NCBI RefSeq assembly: GCF_006345805.1
Contig: NC_042999.1
Span: 48,980,001 to 49,044,000 of the forward strand
Direction: 5' to 3'
From: Octopus sinensis
Lineage: Eukaryota
Length of the DNA stretch: 64,000 nt
The notes beneath the pieces were generated by a model that had not been told where the DNA came from, did not search any database, and saw only the letters and a program-made list of their open reading frames with translations. The position numbers and the translations under genes are program-made. Positions 50,619-63,020 of the stretch are shown one piece after another; position 1 is the stretch's first letter, and each line of letters begins with the position of its first letter.

Positions 50619-53174
50619 ATTTGATATCTCTTGGCTTGAAAATTGAAGACATCTGAACATTACAAATTAATAAAATTCGGATTTGCTACTCTCAGGACAA
50701 ATGTTTCAATTTTATGTTCATAATTTCAGACTGAGTGGCTTCCTTCTGCAGCATTGTAGCACAAAAACGATATATCACTATGTTTAAAAAACTCGACAAG
50801 TGAAAGCACTCCTAGCAGTATATATATAATGTACTGTTCCATTATTGGGGCAATCAGAAAAATGCACTCCACGAGTACACAACATGGCTGGACTTCCTTT
50901 TTGGCAAAACGTATAAGGGCACTGTTTTTAAGAAAACACGAGGAAAGGCGTGAAGAAAATAGGATCTTTTCCTTTTCATGTGCAGCTCGATTAATTAATT
51001 TTCATTAGCTAAACACTTTGAAACTTCATATACTGATAGAATGTGTTACGAACGATTATGTTAGTGTCATGAAGTATACAAACGTAACTGAGATGAAATA
51101 TGTCATAAATAATAATGACAAACGAAATATACACCACCAGTATTTGTTGCTGACAAACAACAGCAGTGATTTTATTCAACTGAATACACGCCATTGATTG
51201 GTTGAAATTACCAATATACGACAACTTTAACTCGAAATAACTTCGAAAATAGAAACTTTTCTCAACAACGCTAAGAATAGAAGATGTTCTATATGACACA
51301 TTCTACCAGTATCCGAAGTTTCAACGTGTTTAGTTAAAGAAAACTAATTTATCGAGTTGCCCTTCAAAAGGAAAATATCCGGAAAGTAAAACAAAATTGC
51401 AATAAAATTAGACCCCTTTGAATCATAATTAATATGGTTGGTGTAAATTAATTCAACGAGGAGAAAGTTGGCATGATCCACTGGATGGTGTGAGCTGTGT
51501 AGTTGGCCTTCCATTTCGAAATATGGCTGGCTAACTTTGTGGTTTTCTTCTTATCCGCGTGCCGATACTCACGTATCATTTTCTTTTAAAAATCACATTT
51601 GAACATACCAATGCACCATTTCCTTTGAGTTTCTATATTTTGAAACAGGGCGGTGATTTCAGATTCATACTCAATTGAGCTAGTCATGTGTGTCTAGTCA
51701 AATGCTGTAAATTTCTAGGTCCTGACATACCACCACTTGGAGTGGAGGTCAGGTGTTACCTGCAAGAGATCATATTTTTCATGCTGGGGCAGCATCTGTA
51801 TGAAAATTTCACTGAACGTTTCTTAAAATGTTTCTCTATGTAAGGACATCTGAGGAATACTTATCCATTAAGGCAAGGAAATGGTATTCTAAACACTGAA
51901 AGAGAAATTGCTTGGGTTGGGGCGATCCTTATAATCTTTCTGAGTCTATACTTTAGGTTTCGTATTTCTAATTATAAGGTTGAATTTTCATTATATTTAA
52001 AGCCACTGTTAGACAAAACATTATTCATAATGTTCTGTATTAGACATTATTCTCTCTAATACAAAACATTAATATACGACTGATTAATGTTCTGTATTAG
52101 AACATTAATCATTAGTATCGTAGTGGTGATATTTATTATATCTTTGAATACTCTAATGAAGGGATAGGATTGTTTATATACATACGTGAGTTGTTCCTTC
52201 GATTTCTTATAGATCTTATAAGAGCACAAATTTAGTTCTAAAAGAGAATCTAGGAAATCGAATTTAGCTCGGTTACTGGTAACGGTGATTTCTCCTCAAT
52301 TTATCAAATGTATGTCTATCAGAGCTACGTGATATGTTTATACCATCGCCACGTTATAGACCAGTGTCATGGTGGAGTCGAATGCAGTAGAGTTGAAAGC
52401 TATTTTTCATTAGACCTGAATACCAAAAAAAAAACATACTGTATCACAAATATTGGCAACGTTAAGCGATTCCATCTACAAATCAAACAATTATCTGTTT
52501 CACACCTTATTTTTTTTAGCAATATTGCACTCTTGTTGACGAGAAGAGTTTTTCGCGTATTTATGATAAAGTCAAAGTCTCTATGATCAATATCGATATA
52601 GTTTTTATCAAACTCAGTTGCCTTCTTTTGTAATGATCTCTACACCGAGAGATAAAAATCACAAATATCAAGAGTGTAAATTTAGCTCTATACTTATATT
52701 TTATATTCCTAAACCAATTTTCAACAGTGATGCTTACCCATTGCTTTAGTTTAGTAATCCCACTAATGAGATTTTTGACATTGTTGCTTTTTTCTTTTCT
52801 CTTTTGCAACTATACTTGTTTCGGTTAGATATAAAATTCTACAGGTGGGCTTAATACCAAAATTAGGTTTTTGATCTTTTAAAGGAATTTTGCCTCGTCG
52901 TAATTATCATTATATCTATCCATGTCAGCTCATTTTTTATATTTAGTGGAAATATTATCAAGTACATCGTTATTGATTTCGTAAAGGACAGAGTTCCTTT
53001 CAGAGAATACGAACTTAGTATTAGTTTTTAAGATTTCTAGTATCAGATTTTAGTTTAATTCAGGATGAATTACAGTACCTATGGAATCTTCGAGAACTGA
53101 CACAAAAATTGGGTAAATCTTATACTTTGGGTGGGTTTTTACTTGGCTTTTGATATATATAAATATGTATATAT

Positions 53175-53446
53175 AATAATATTAGGGAGTAAATCCAAAC
53201 TTACAGAGAAGAATTAGATTTAGGATTAAATCTAATTTTACAGTATAAATATATATATATTAAATTAGAGGTAAAACCACTATTAGGCAAATCAAACAGT
53301 GAAAAACATAAATCAAAACATAGAAATAAATTAATTAATATAACATACAAAATATATGAAATATAAAATTCAAAATTTAAATTATTTAAATTTAAAGTTA
53401 AAATTTTTTTTTTAATTTTAATTATTAATTTATACTTATAATTTTA

Positions 53447-53491
<45 letters not shown>

Positions 53492-53708
53492 ATATTATTT
53501 TTATTATAATTTATTTCATTTTTTTTCAATTTTTTGAAATTATATAATTATTTATTTATTTATTTTAAATATCTATAACTATCAAAAGTATTAAGAAGTT
53601 TAATATAAGATAAAAAAGTATTAATTAATCTATTTCTATGTTTTAGTTTATGTTTTTCACTGTTTGATTTGACAAATAGTGGTTTTATCTCTAATTTAAT
53701 ATATATAA
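53175..53708. repeat. AT-rich fold-back element with ~88-bp inverted arms (PLE pLTR-like)
   Basis: Arms ~53252-53340 and 53619-53708 (TAAATTAGAGGTAAAACCACTATT...AATTAATTAATA and its reverse complement); the left arm continues to ATTAGGGAGTAAATCC. Confidence 0.85.
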
Positions 53709-54248
53709 ATATATATATATATATATACATGCATGCACATGTATATGTGTGCGATTGCACGCGTGTGTGTCTCTGTCTGTGTGTATGTTTTTGTATGTGT
53801 TAGTCTGTGTGAAAATCTTTGAATAAAATCTATGTTGACCAGAAATGCAACCAAAGCGAAATTTATACAAAAGAATGATAACTGCAAAGCGAACAGTTAT
53901 ATTTTACATATATAGAAGAATCGATATGTTTTCGCCTCCATTTCTCAGCAATTTATTACTTAACAGATATAATTTTAGTTCTCTATTATTAATCTAATAC
54001 CAAAGAAATAGCGCTGCTACACAAAAGTCACGTTTAACCTGAAATATCAAGGAGGTAAAGCTACTTGTATTTCACTGTCAAAATAAACAAATAAACAAAA
54101 GAAAAATCTATAAATGTAACATTTTTATTTCTCTATCGTTTCCTGTATGAATGGTAAGAATCTATCTTTTCAGCTCTTTTATTCATTGTGGTGCCTCTCT
54201 GCATGGCATAAATTTGAACTGTACAAAGAAATATATATATATATATAT

Positions 54249-54310
<62 letters not shown>

Positions 54311-55189
54311 GTATGTGCGCGTATGCGTGTGTGTGTGTGTATTTATGTATGTTTCCTAGACAACTATTTATGTCCCAGCTTATCAATTATTAGGCCTTTG
54401 GGAGGAGTGCACAATTTTCACAGAACAAAATTTGCTAACTTTCTTTTTCTGATTTCCTTTAAGATAGAGTAATTTGCATATGCTATTCTTTGACTTTGTA
54501 CTTTACGCTAGTGCTTCTAGGTACTGAATTTCTATTTTCAATTGTATCTCATAAGGGAAGGTAATACTAGCTATATGACTTTGACGAGTAGTAATTTAAT
54601 TTCAATGTGGTTTACCGCCCACTTTCTATCACCAACATAAAAATTGATTTCTTTTTTTTTTACCACACAAAACGGCCACAAAATTTATATTAATGAAAGC
54701 ATTAAGATCGTGTGAATTTCACATTACTTTCGAGAGTAATAATGAACTTATGAAATAAGTGTAGACTCATATAAATGCAATACCAAAAATAGAAAATGCC
54801 AAATGTGTCTACATTTGGCAGTAATAATCTCTATGCTGATAATTTCATACCCGATATTTTGACGTTTTCTTAGTACCCTAGTTTCAATATCAATAATAAT
54901 TATATGTTATATCAGTATATTATGTGTGTGTATGTGTGTGAGTGTGTGTGTGTGTGTGTGAGTGTGTATGTGTGTGTGTATGTGTTTGTGTGTATGTATG
55001 TATGTATGCTTACGTACACACATATAGAAACGTTGTTGGGTAGCAATTCGAGGAAGTAGTACACAATACAAAGTATAAACCAGTATTTCTTTTTCTTGAG
55101 CAGAATGAGTGCCTTGTTACTTTGTTAGCTTGATAAACATGTGGAGTTTGCAGAGTGGCAGGCAGCTGAACTGACATAAATAGGTTATG

Positions 55190-56060
55190 TGCCTTCCACA
55201 TGTCTCTCTAGTAATCTGTTTTCCAGCATTCTTTGGTCCTTTTGCCTTTATCCTTATATAGGACAAAGTGGTCGATGCGTAGCTGACAGTTTTTTTGAAG
55301 ACTTATGGGGCATAAAACTCTGTAAAGTCAACCCGGTTCGCCCCATTTCTGCTCAGTTAGATATTCCTTTCAACATACGTTTGTGTACGGACTGGCCTTG
55401 CACAAATCCTCTTCGCTGTGGCACCTCTCTCTTTCAGTGGGGATTGCGTCTGGCTAACTGACAATCTAGTTCTCAATATATAGAATTTTATATTTTCGTG
55501 CATTGACTAGTGAGATGATCCATTGAGCATTTTGGGGGATTGTTGTTGCTAAGGTAACCGTTGTCTGTGTCATTTGATGTAACGTGAATTTTCCTCGTTG
55601 CAGATTAATAGAAGCATTAAGGTTACGTCGTGCACTGGGGTAACAATAGAGACTGATAATTCATAGCGAGTATATTTCTCTGTATTTTTCGTAAAATTTG
55701 CATAGGTTCGACACGTATTGATAATGGAGATTGTGATTATTGTTCAACTTTTCAATATGACCATTAATGATCCCGCTGAATGTCTTTCTTTTTCTGACTT
55801 GTGTGACGAAAACAAGCCAGCCTAGCAGTAGCAAGTGGTGGCTTTAATGTACTAGTTGTTCTCAGCGATCTTAGGACATAGGGTAAGTTTGGCAAATTAA
55901 ACTCACTTGGAGAATGTTATTTGTATAAACACACTGGTATTGACCTTGGTTAGTGGTGTATTTGTTGAGCGTGTTTTGTTCCTAGAAGGTGTTTGAACGG
56001 GGGATCACGTTGAAAACATTTTTGCGTAGGGAATACGGTAAGAAACATCATTAATCTTTA
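55190..56060 (-). mobile_element. Highly decayed PLE (Naiad/Hydra-like GIY-YIG region)
   Basis: Frame-broken remnants IISLVNARKYKIL, PLK.ERCHSEEDLCKASPYTN, GRTGLTLQSF..HKSS, STTLSYIRIKAKG resemble CPL.G.CL...VYKA / YIGLT..F / STELS.YIW.LK.KG. Confidence 0.45.
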
Positions 56061-56363
56061 CGCTCATTTCTTGTTAATGTAATTTATGACGATGGACAAA
56101 GAAGAAATAATTAAGAAACGGTCAAAATACAGGACCTAAAAGACACGAATGGTGGGTAACGCTTAGAGTGCAATCCTAAAGTATTTAAAAAAAAAACAAC
56201 ACAGAGAATTTAGGAACGGTCAGCTACGCGACCGGTGTGAAGAAGGGGGTGTAAAAGGAGAAAGAAGAAAGGCTAGAGATAGAAGTATGAGGGTGAGAGA
56301 GAAAGAAAAGAGAGGAAGAGAGAAAAGTAATAAAGGGGAAAGGCTAATATATATGTGTGTGTG

Positions 56364-56440
<77 letters not shown>

Positions 56441-56779
56441 TTATTAATGTGTCTTGATGCAATTTAAAACAAAAAGGCACAAATACAGTCTTTACTAAAA
56501 GTGATTAAGGGTGCAAGTCAGCAACAGCATTACTGCATATAACTCTTAGCTACGAATAAATAACTTCGACAACACAATATGAACACATAACATAATACAG
56601 AACACTACTAACCTTTCAATTAATACCACTAATCGCCATACATCCCATGCACCATTCACATTACAGATCCTATATCTACCCTAATTGCACCAAATACAAA
56701 ATTACTTACCTCCCTTACACATAATTGTTTTACTGAGGGACTAGTAGACCTGACACTGTTCATTTATCGGTGTGCTTTC

Positions 56780-56818
56780 AAAGCAATGATTAGTAAATTC
56801 GCGAAACCGGTATGCTTT
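56780..56818 (+). ncRNA. Decayed minimal type I hammerhead within a PLE-like 3' remnant (~56480-56900)
   Basis: AAAGCA-ATGATTA-GTA(AATT)CGC-GAAA-CCGG-TA-TGCTTT. 6-bp stem I and palindromic stem III intact; core has C3A and G8U; stem II consistent with CpG decay of GCG/CGC. Confidence 0.7.
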
Positions 56819-57018
56819 TGAATCTCTTTAACAATTCCCAATAATGATTTATATAACTTTTATTCCTACCTTAGTTCATCAAATTGTATAAATCGAGCGT
56901 TACTTTTCATAAAAAGCCTTTACTATTTTTGATTTCCAATTTGCATTTTCGCTTATTTTGCTTCTTACTTTCTCCTTACATTTCCACGTGTAGATTCTAT
57001 TTTCTTTTCGTAACATAT

Positions 57019-57098
<80 letters not shown>

Positions 57099-57099
57099 C

Positions 57100-57590
57100 A
57101 TAGAATGCAAAACATCCAGAGAGCTAGGTGATACAAAAAAGGAACAACAAAACATCCAGATAGACGATACAAAGAAAATAAGGACGGGTCATTCGGAGTT
57201 TTCTGTCCTCAGTCAAGTTCCGGATTATCTTTGCAATTTCGTCTGGTTATACTCAAGATTGCTCCAATCTGGCCAGCCCCAAGGAAAAAGTAAGCCTAGA
57301 GTAATAGATTCTTTGGAAGGAAGCAGCGAATGTATACGAAAACAAGGACAGAAGAAAACAGAGAATGTTACACAAATTCAAATACAAATAACAGTCTTTC
57401 GACTAAGGACATTAAATGAAGCTGGCGTGTGTGGGAGTAAAGCCTTACGGCATGGATACAAGATTGCCCAGGCACAGGTAGGAATATAGATGTTGCACGG
57501 ACGACAGCCGAACCAATAAAGAAAGGTTAGGCTTGGCCGAACATCGGTCACGTGGGGAGAGAAGAGAGAGAGGTAGAAGCAGAGAGACAA
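57100..57590 (-). mobile_element. Interspersed repeat, probably a PLE-related pLTR
   Basis: Strand-asymmetric composition like the other pLTR fragments; bounded by (TA)n tracts. No intact HHR. Confidence 0.35.
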
Positions 57591-57679
57591 TATATATATA
57601 TATATTAATCGTAATGGTAAGAGAACAAAAGAATGACCTCGATATTATGTAAATAAAGGAATTTATTTGTAATATAATA

Positions 57680-57976
57680 CGTGACAATTATTCGGTTGCC
57701 ATGAAAAAACTCCGAGTTTAATTTTCTCGGCAACTGAAGATATACCTATTTCTTTATTACCCACAAGGGGCTAAACATAGAGGAGACAAAAATGGACAGA
57801 CATAGGTACTAAGTCGATTATATCGACCCCAGTGCTTAACTGGTACTTAATTTATCGACCACGAAAGGATGAAAGGCAAAGTCGACCTCGGCGGAATTTG
57901 AAGATATACCGGCGCAGGTTTCCGCCCCGACATCTGAAAGTCGGAGTTTCATCATGGCAACCGAATAATTGTCACA
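57680..57976. mobile_element. Tc1/mariner-type MITE (~133 bp without insert), interrupted by a SINE
   Basis: About 38-bp TIRs (C/T)GTGACAATTATTCGGTTGCCATGA..AAACTCCGA; TA on both sides. Confidence 0.85.
57747..57898 (-). mobile_element. 5'-truncated SINE family A with 12-bp TSD
   Basis: TSD TGAAGATATACC at 57735-57746 and 57899-57910. Confidence 0.9.
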
Positions 57977-58038
57977 TATTATATTACACACACACACACG
58001 CGCACACGCACACACACACACACATATATATATATATA

Positions 58039-58618
58039 GCGACGGGCTGTCAGTTACCGTCTGCCAAGTACACACGCTTGGCCTTAATATACCCAAGGCT
58101 ATTGTAGAAGAGACTTGCCCGAGCTACCATGCAGTAGGAGAAAAACTAAACCATGTGGTTCGGAAGCTAACGTCTTACCACACAGGTAGGAGTATACTTA
58201 CATGTGGAGTCATTAAAACAGCAATACGATACGTCTTGCATTTGTTCCAGTGGTGAAATTGCGGCCACGCTAGGGCACCTCCACAAAAAAATGTTAATTG
58301 AATGAATCGACTTTAGGTACTCATTTTCATTCAAGCTTCGTACTTATTTCTTCGGTTAAATTTGCTGATCTGTTAGGTCACGGGGACGTAAACACACCGA
58401 CACCAGTTGACAAACGATAGCAGGAAACAGACTCAGACTCAAAGACACATACATATACATGAATTTGCGACGGGATTCTTTCAGTTTCCGTCTACAAATC
58501 CACTCGCATGGCTTTAATCGCACCGTGGTTATAGTAGGAGACACACGCCCAAGTTGCCTCGTAGTGGGGACGAAACCGGAAACATGTGGTTATGGAACAA
58601 GCTTTTTACCACACAGCC
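58039..58618 (-). mobile_element. Two truncated, diverged SINE family B copies (58039-58185 and ~58345-58618)
   Basis: Head ends TTACCACACAG; bodies GACTTGCCCGAG and ACACGCCCAAG align to family B. Confidence 0.75.
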
Positions 58619-58733
58619 TGGCTTACGACTAAAAAATCATGTAGAAAATATGTTTTTGGCGTTGAGATGAAAGAAAAATCAGTCTTCAACATAATTCAAA
58701 TGAATTCTCTATAATGAACATTATGTGCATTCT

Positions 58734-58915
58734 CTTTACTCTTTTTACTTGTTTCAGTCATTTGACTGCGGCCATGCTGGAGCACCGCCTTTAGTCGAGC
58801 AAATCGACCCCAGGACTTATTCTTTGAAAGCACGGGGACGTAAACACACCAGCATCGGTTGTCAAGCAATGTTGGAGGGACAAACACAGACGCACACAGA
58901 GACACACACACACAC

Positions 58916-58999
<84 letters not shown>

Positions 59000-59169
59000 T
59001 TATACATATATACGACGGGCTTCTTTCAGTTTCCGTCTACCAAATCCACTCACAAAGCTTTGGTCGGCCTAAGGCTATTGTAGAAGACACTTGCCCAAGG
59101 TGCCACGCTGTGAGACTAAACCCGGAACCATGTGGTTGGCAAGCAAGCTACCTACCACGCAGCCACTCC
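58734..59169 (-). mobile_element. SINE family B, near full-length, 8-bp TSD
   Basis: Head AGGAGTGGCTGCGTGGTAGG, central microsatellite, tail CAAGTAAAAAGAGTAAAG; TGCATTCT at 58726-58733 and 59170-59177. Confidence 0.9.
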
Positions 59170-59486
59170 TGCATTCTTCAAGTTAACTTCATCATATATT
59201 TATCATTCGTCAGGCGATAATTCAGAAAAAAGCTTTTAGTTGAATTTTTTTTTTTTTTTTTTGAATGAATAGATTCTCGGAGATTGAATCGCGGCGGGTG
59301 GGAGAGAGATTAATATTCAGAACTTAAATGGATCTAATTAAGTACTACAGTGTATTTTCTTTAACACTCACCTTATTGTCCTACTTACTGACCTGATTTC
59401 AATTTAATATTCATCAAAAATAGGTTACCAAGAGATTTAAGATTGACCACTCCTCCCAGGAATTTCGTTTTCTCATTTAATCAACA

Positions 59487-59950
59487 TGTGTAGTAGTAGT
59501 AGTAGTAGTAGTAGTAGTTATAGTAGTAGTAGTAGTGGTGGTGGTGGTGATGTCGGCGACGGCGCGGTGGTGGTGCTGGTGGTGCTGGTGGTTGTGGTGG
59601 TTGTGGTGGTGGTGGTGGTGGTTGTGGTGGTGGTGGTGGTGGTGGTGGTGGTGGTGGTGGTTGTGGTGGTGGTGGTGATGTCGGCGTTGGTGGTGGTGGT
59701 GAAAGTAGTAGTAGTAGTAGTTGTTGTAATAGTAGTGTATTGGGGGTTTGTTAGCGCACAGAAAACAATTTTTAACAGTATTTCTGACGACTCTACTTTT
59801 CAAATGTCGCCCAGATCGACTTTGCATTTTATAAATTTGGGGTCAATAAAAATTACCAGTCGAAGACTGTGGTGATTTAATCGATTATCCCCCTCCCACA
59901 AAATCTCGGGCTTTGTATTATTTACAGTAAAATGGATACTAGTAGTACAT

Positions 59951-59993
<43 letters not shown>

Positions 59994-60129
59994 CAGCAGC
60001 AGCAGTAGTAGTAGTAGTGGTAGCAGCACCAGCAGTAGTAGTACAGCAGCAATAGTAATAGTAGTAGCAGCAGCAGTTGTAATAGTAGTAGTAGCAGCAG
60101 CAGTAGTAGTAGTAATAGTAGTAGTAGTG

Positions 60130-60163
<34 letters not shown>

Positions 60164-60204
60164 TAGTGGCAGCAGCAGCAGAGAGTAGTAGTAGTAGTAG
60201 TAGA

Positions 60205-60240
<36 letters not shown>

Positions 60241-60248
60241 TAGTAGTA

Positions 60249-60286
<38 letters not shown>

Positions 60287-60893
60287 TATAGTGGTGGTGG
60301 CGGCGGCGGTCGGCGGCGTCGTCGTTGTGCTTCTACTGCTGCTGTTGCCTCTGATGCTGCTGCTGCTGCTGCTGCAGCTGCTGCTGGAGTTGTTGGTGAT
60401 TTATGTTGCCTTTTAAACTCAGTTTCCTAAACTGTAATCATTCATGAACAGACCTATGCTCAAAAACGCTCGCTATTTTTTCTTCTGTGTTTGTCTGTCT
60501 TTCCGGGATAGTATTCCAAGGACTATATGATCCGATGTGTCCGCTGGTGTAATTCAAGACGGTGAAGGGTGTGATATGACGGAAGTTTACCCCGCTAATT
60601 CTAATAGCAAAAGTCAACACACTGAAGTACCTATTTCTTTACTACCCACAAGGGGCTAAACACAGAGGGAACAAACAAGGACAGACAAAGGAATTAAGTC
60701 GATTATATCGGTCCCAGTGCGTAACTGGTACTTATTTAACCGAACCCCGAAAGGATGAGAGGGAAAGTCGACTTTGAACTCAGAACGTTGCGGCAGACGA
60801 AATACTGCTAAACATTTCGCCCGGCGTGCTAACGATTCTGCCAGCTCGCCGCCTTATCACACTGAAGTACCTTTAATTCAAAACTATGTGGTC

Positions 60894-60953
<60 letters not shown>

Positions 60954-61146
60954 CAGTAGTAGTAGTAGTAGTAGTAATAGTAGTAGTAGTAGTAGTAATA
61001 GCAGCAGCAGCAGTTGTAGTAGTAGTAGTAGTAGTAGCAGTAGTAATAGTAGTAGTAGCAGTAGTAGTAATAGTAGTTGCAGTAGTAATAGTAGTAGCAG
61101 CAGCAGTAGTAATAGTAGTAGCAGCAGCAGCAGCAGTAGTAGTAGC

Positions 61147-61185
<39 letters not shown>

Positions 61186-61215
61186 GGTGGTGGTGAAGGC
61201 GGTGATAACAGTAGC
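59487..61215. repeat. Three compound trinucleotide arrays (AGT/GGT/AGC) at 59487-59735, 59938-60400 and 60896-61215
   Basis: Directly visible; source of the poly-S/T/V/H ORFs. Confidence 0.95.
60633..60857 (-). mobile_element. SINE family A monomer, full-length, 15-bp TSD
   Basis: TSD CACACTGAAGTACCT at 60618-60632 and 60858-60872. Confidence 0.93.
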
Positions 61216-61605
61216 AGCTGCTTTAGTGAAATGCGTGTTGCGTGTTAGTGCATTCAATTCACGAAACAATGTGAAGGGAGATAAAAATTGTGCATTGTAA
61301 AAAGGAAAATATTTAGCATTTTGATGAGAACCATTAATCAAACAAGGAAATGCGACTGACAGAAGCGCCAATGGCCCTTATCTTTTTTGTATTTTAAAAC
61401 TTTTAGATATTATATTTATTTTTAGATATTTTTGTTATATTTTACTTATATTTCTCTTTTTTTTTTTCATACATATATTTTCGTTATAGTTTATTTAAAT
61501 TTTTAACGTCAATGTTCTCCGCTATTTTCCAGTTGTTGATATTTCTTGGTTGTTTTTAGCGGAGGAAGACAATGAGAAAATTACTGAAATTTAATGGACG
61601 AGAAA

Positions 61606-61640
<35 letters not shown>

Positions 61641-62099
61641 GCATCAATTGAAAGCAGCACTTCAACACAAAGATGGTATAATTCTTTATTCGGTTCTTAA
61701 AAGAAGAAGAATGTGTTTATTGATCACATAAGAAAATTATAAATCGGAAAGAAAAAAAAAAACAAAAAGAAAAAAAGAAAAAAAATCAAATTATATAAGA
61801 AATCAAACTATGATAAAATTCAATGAATATTCAAGCTTTTGTATTTTGTTAATACCATAATCGATGAAATGAAATAAAAAATAATGTTTCAGCAGTTAGA
61901 AGCAAAAATCAGTGTTATTGAGAGCAGTGTTGAGCTAGAAGGAAATACATTCTTCAGTTATAAATGGTAAACGTGTATATTTACTTTGATTTCCAATGTG
62001 GAAATTACTGAAAGAATCATTAGTTTGATGAATTGTTGGTTAATATGTAATTAAAACATAGACCCACACACACACAAAAAAATATGCCTGACCGACTTC

Positions 62100-62334
62100 A
62101 TACACACACACATATATATATATATACACATATGTATATGTGTGTGTATGAGTGTGACTATGTGTATATGTATATTTCTATATATGTGTATGTATATATA
62201 TATATATATATATATCTATATATATATATATATATTATATATATATATATTATATATATATATATATATATATCATATATGTGTATGTATGTATATATAT
62301 ATATATATAAATATATATATATATATCATATATA

Positions 62335-62400
<66 letters not shown>

Positions 62401-62898
62401 ATATATCATATATGTTGGTGTGTACTTCTTGTACGTTGGGATGGTCATTTTGTCAATAAAATACATTCCCTGGTTGTATTTTTATCATTATCGATCTTCT
62501 AGTCAACTAAGTAACTAATTAACTAGTAAATTCTTTGATCACTCGTTTGATCAATCATATTGTTGATCAGAATAGTTACGTCGCAATTTCCGAATGAAAT
62601 GATAATGCAGTTTATACGTTCCACTTCAAACATAATATTTTGTAGCAGATTTCAAGCACAAGATGGTACTCCCCTGATAACTTGGCAGACTGTGACAAAT
62701 GGACTCTGGTTGATCAAACAATTAATCCACGAATTGATTAAGTAATTGTTTAAGCAATTAGTTAGTTAACAGATAATAAATTTGAAAGGAGAAAGTACAT
62801 ATAATTTCCTTGGCAAAATAACTATCCCCAGGTGTTATAACACGATTTCATATCAATATATACATGTATATACATACGTACAGACATATTTTTATATA

Positions 62899-62933
<35 letters not shown>

Positions 62934-62934
62934 G

Positions 62935-62968
<34 letters not shown>

Positions 62969-63020
62969 TATATATATATATTTGTATATATGCATGTGTG
63001 TGTGTGTGTGTGTGTGTATA
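62100..63020. repeat. (TA)n/(GT)n microsatellite clusters (62100-62410, 62900-63020)
   Basis: Directly visible. Confidence 0.9.

Noticed and set aside
51718-51752. Hairpin CCTGAC..CACT-TGG-AGTG..GTCAGG as miRNA or SECIS
   Set aside because: Too short for a pre-miRNA and lacks the AUGA/GA SECIS core.
57185-57245. CTGAGGA / GAAA motifs on the minus strand of the 57100-57590 repeat
   Set aside because: No consistent three-stem fold.
56884-57489. 201-aa ORF
   Set aside because: It starts at a non-ATG codon, crosses a (TA)n tract, runs antisense through a repeat, and has no protein motif.
60290-60400. Minus-strand polyQ-like coding stretch (HQQLQQQ...)
   Set aside because: It has an in-frame stop and is continuous with the surrounding trinucleotide array.
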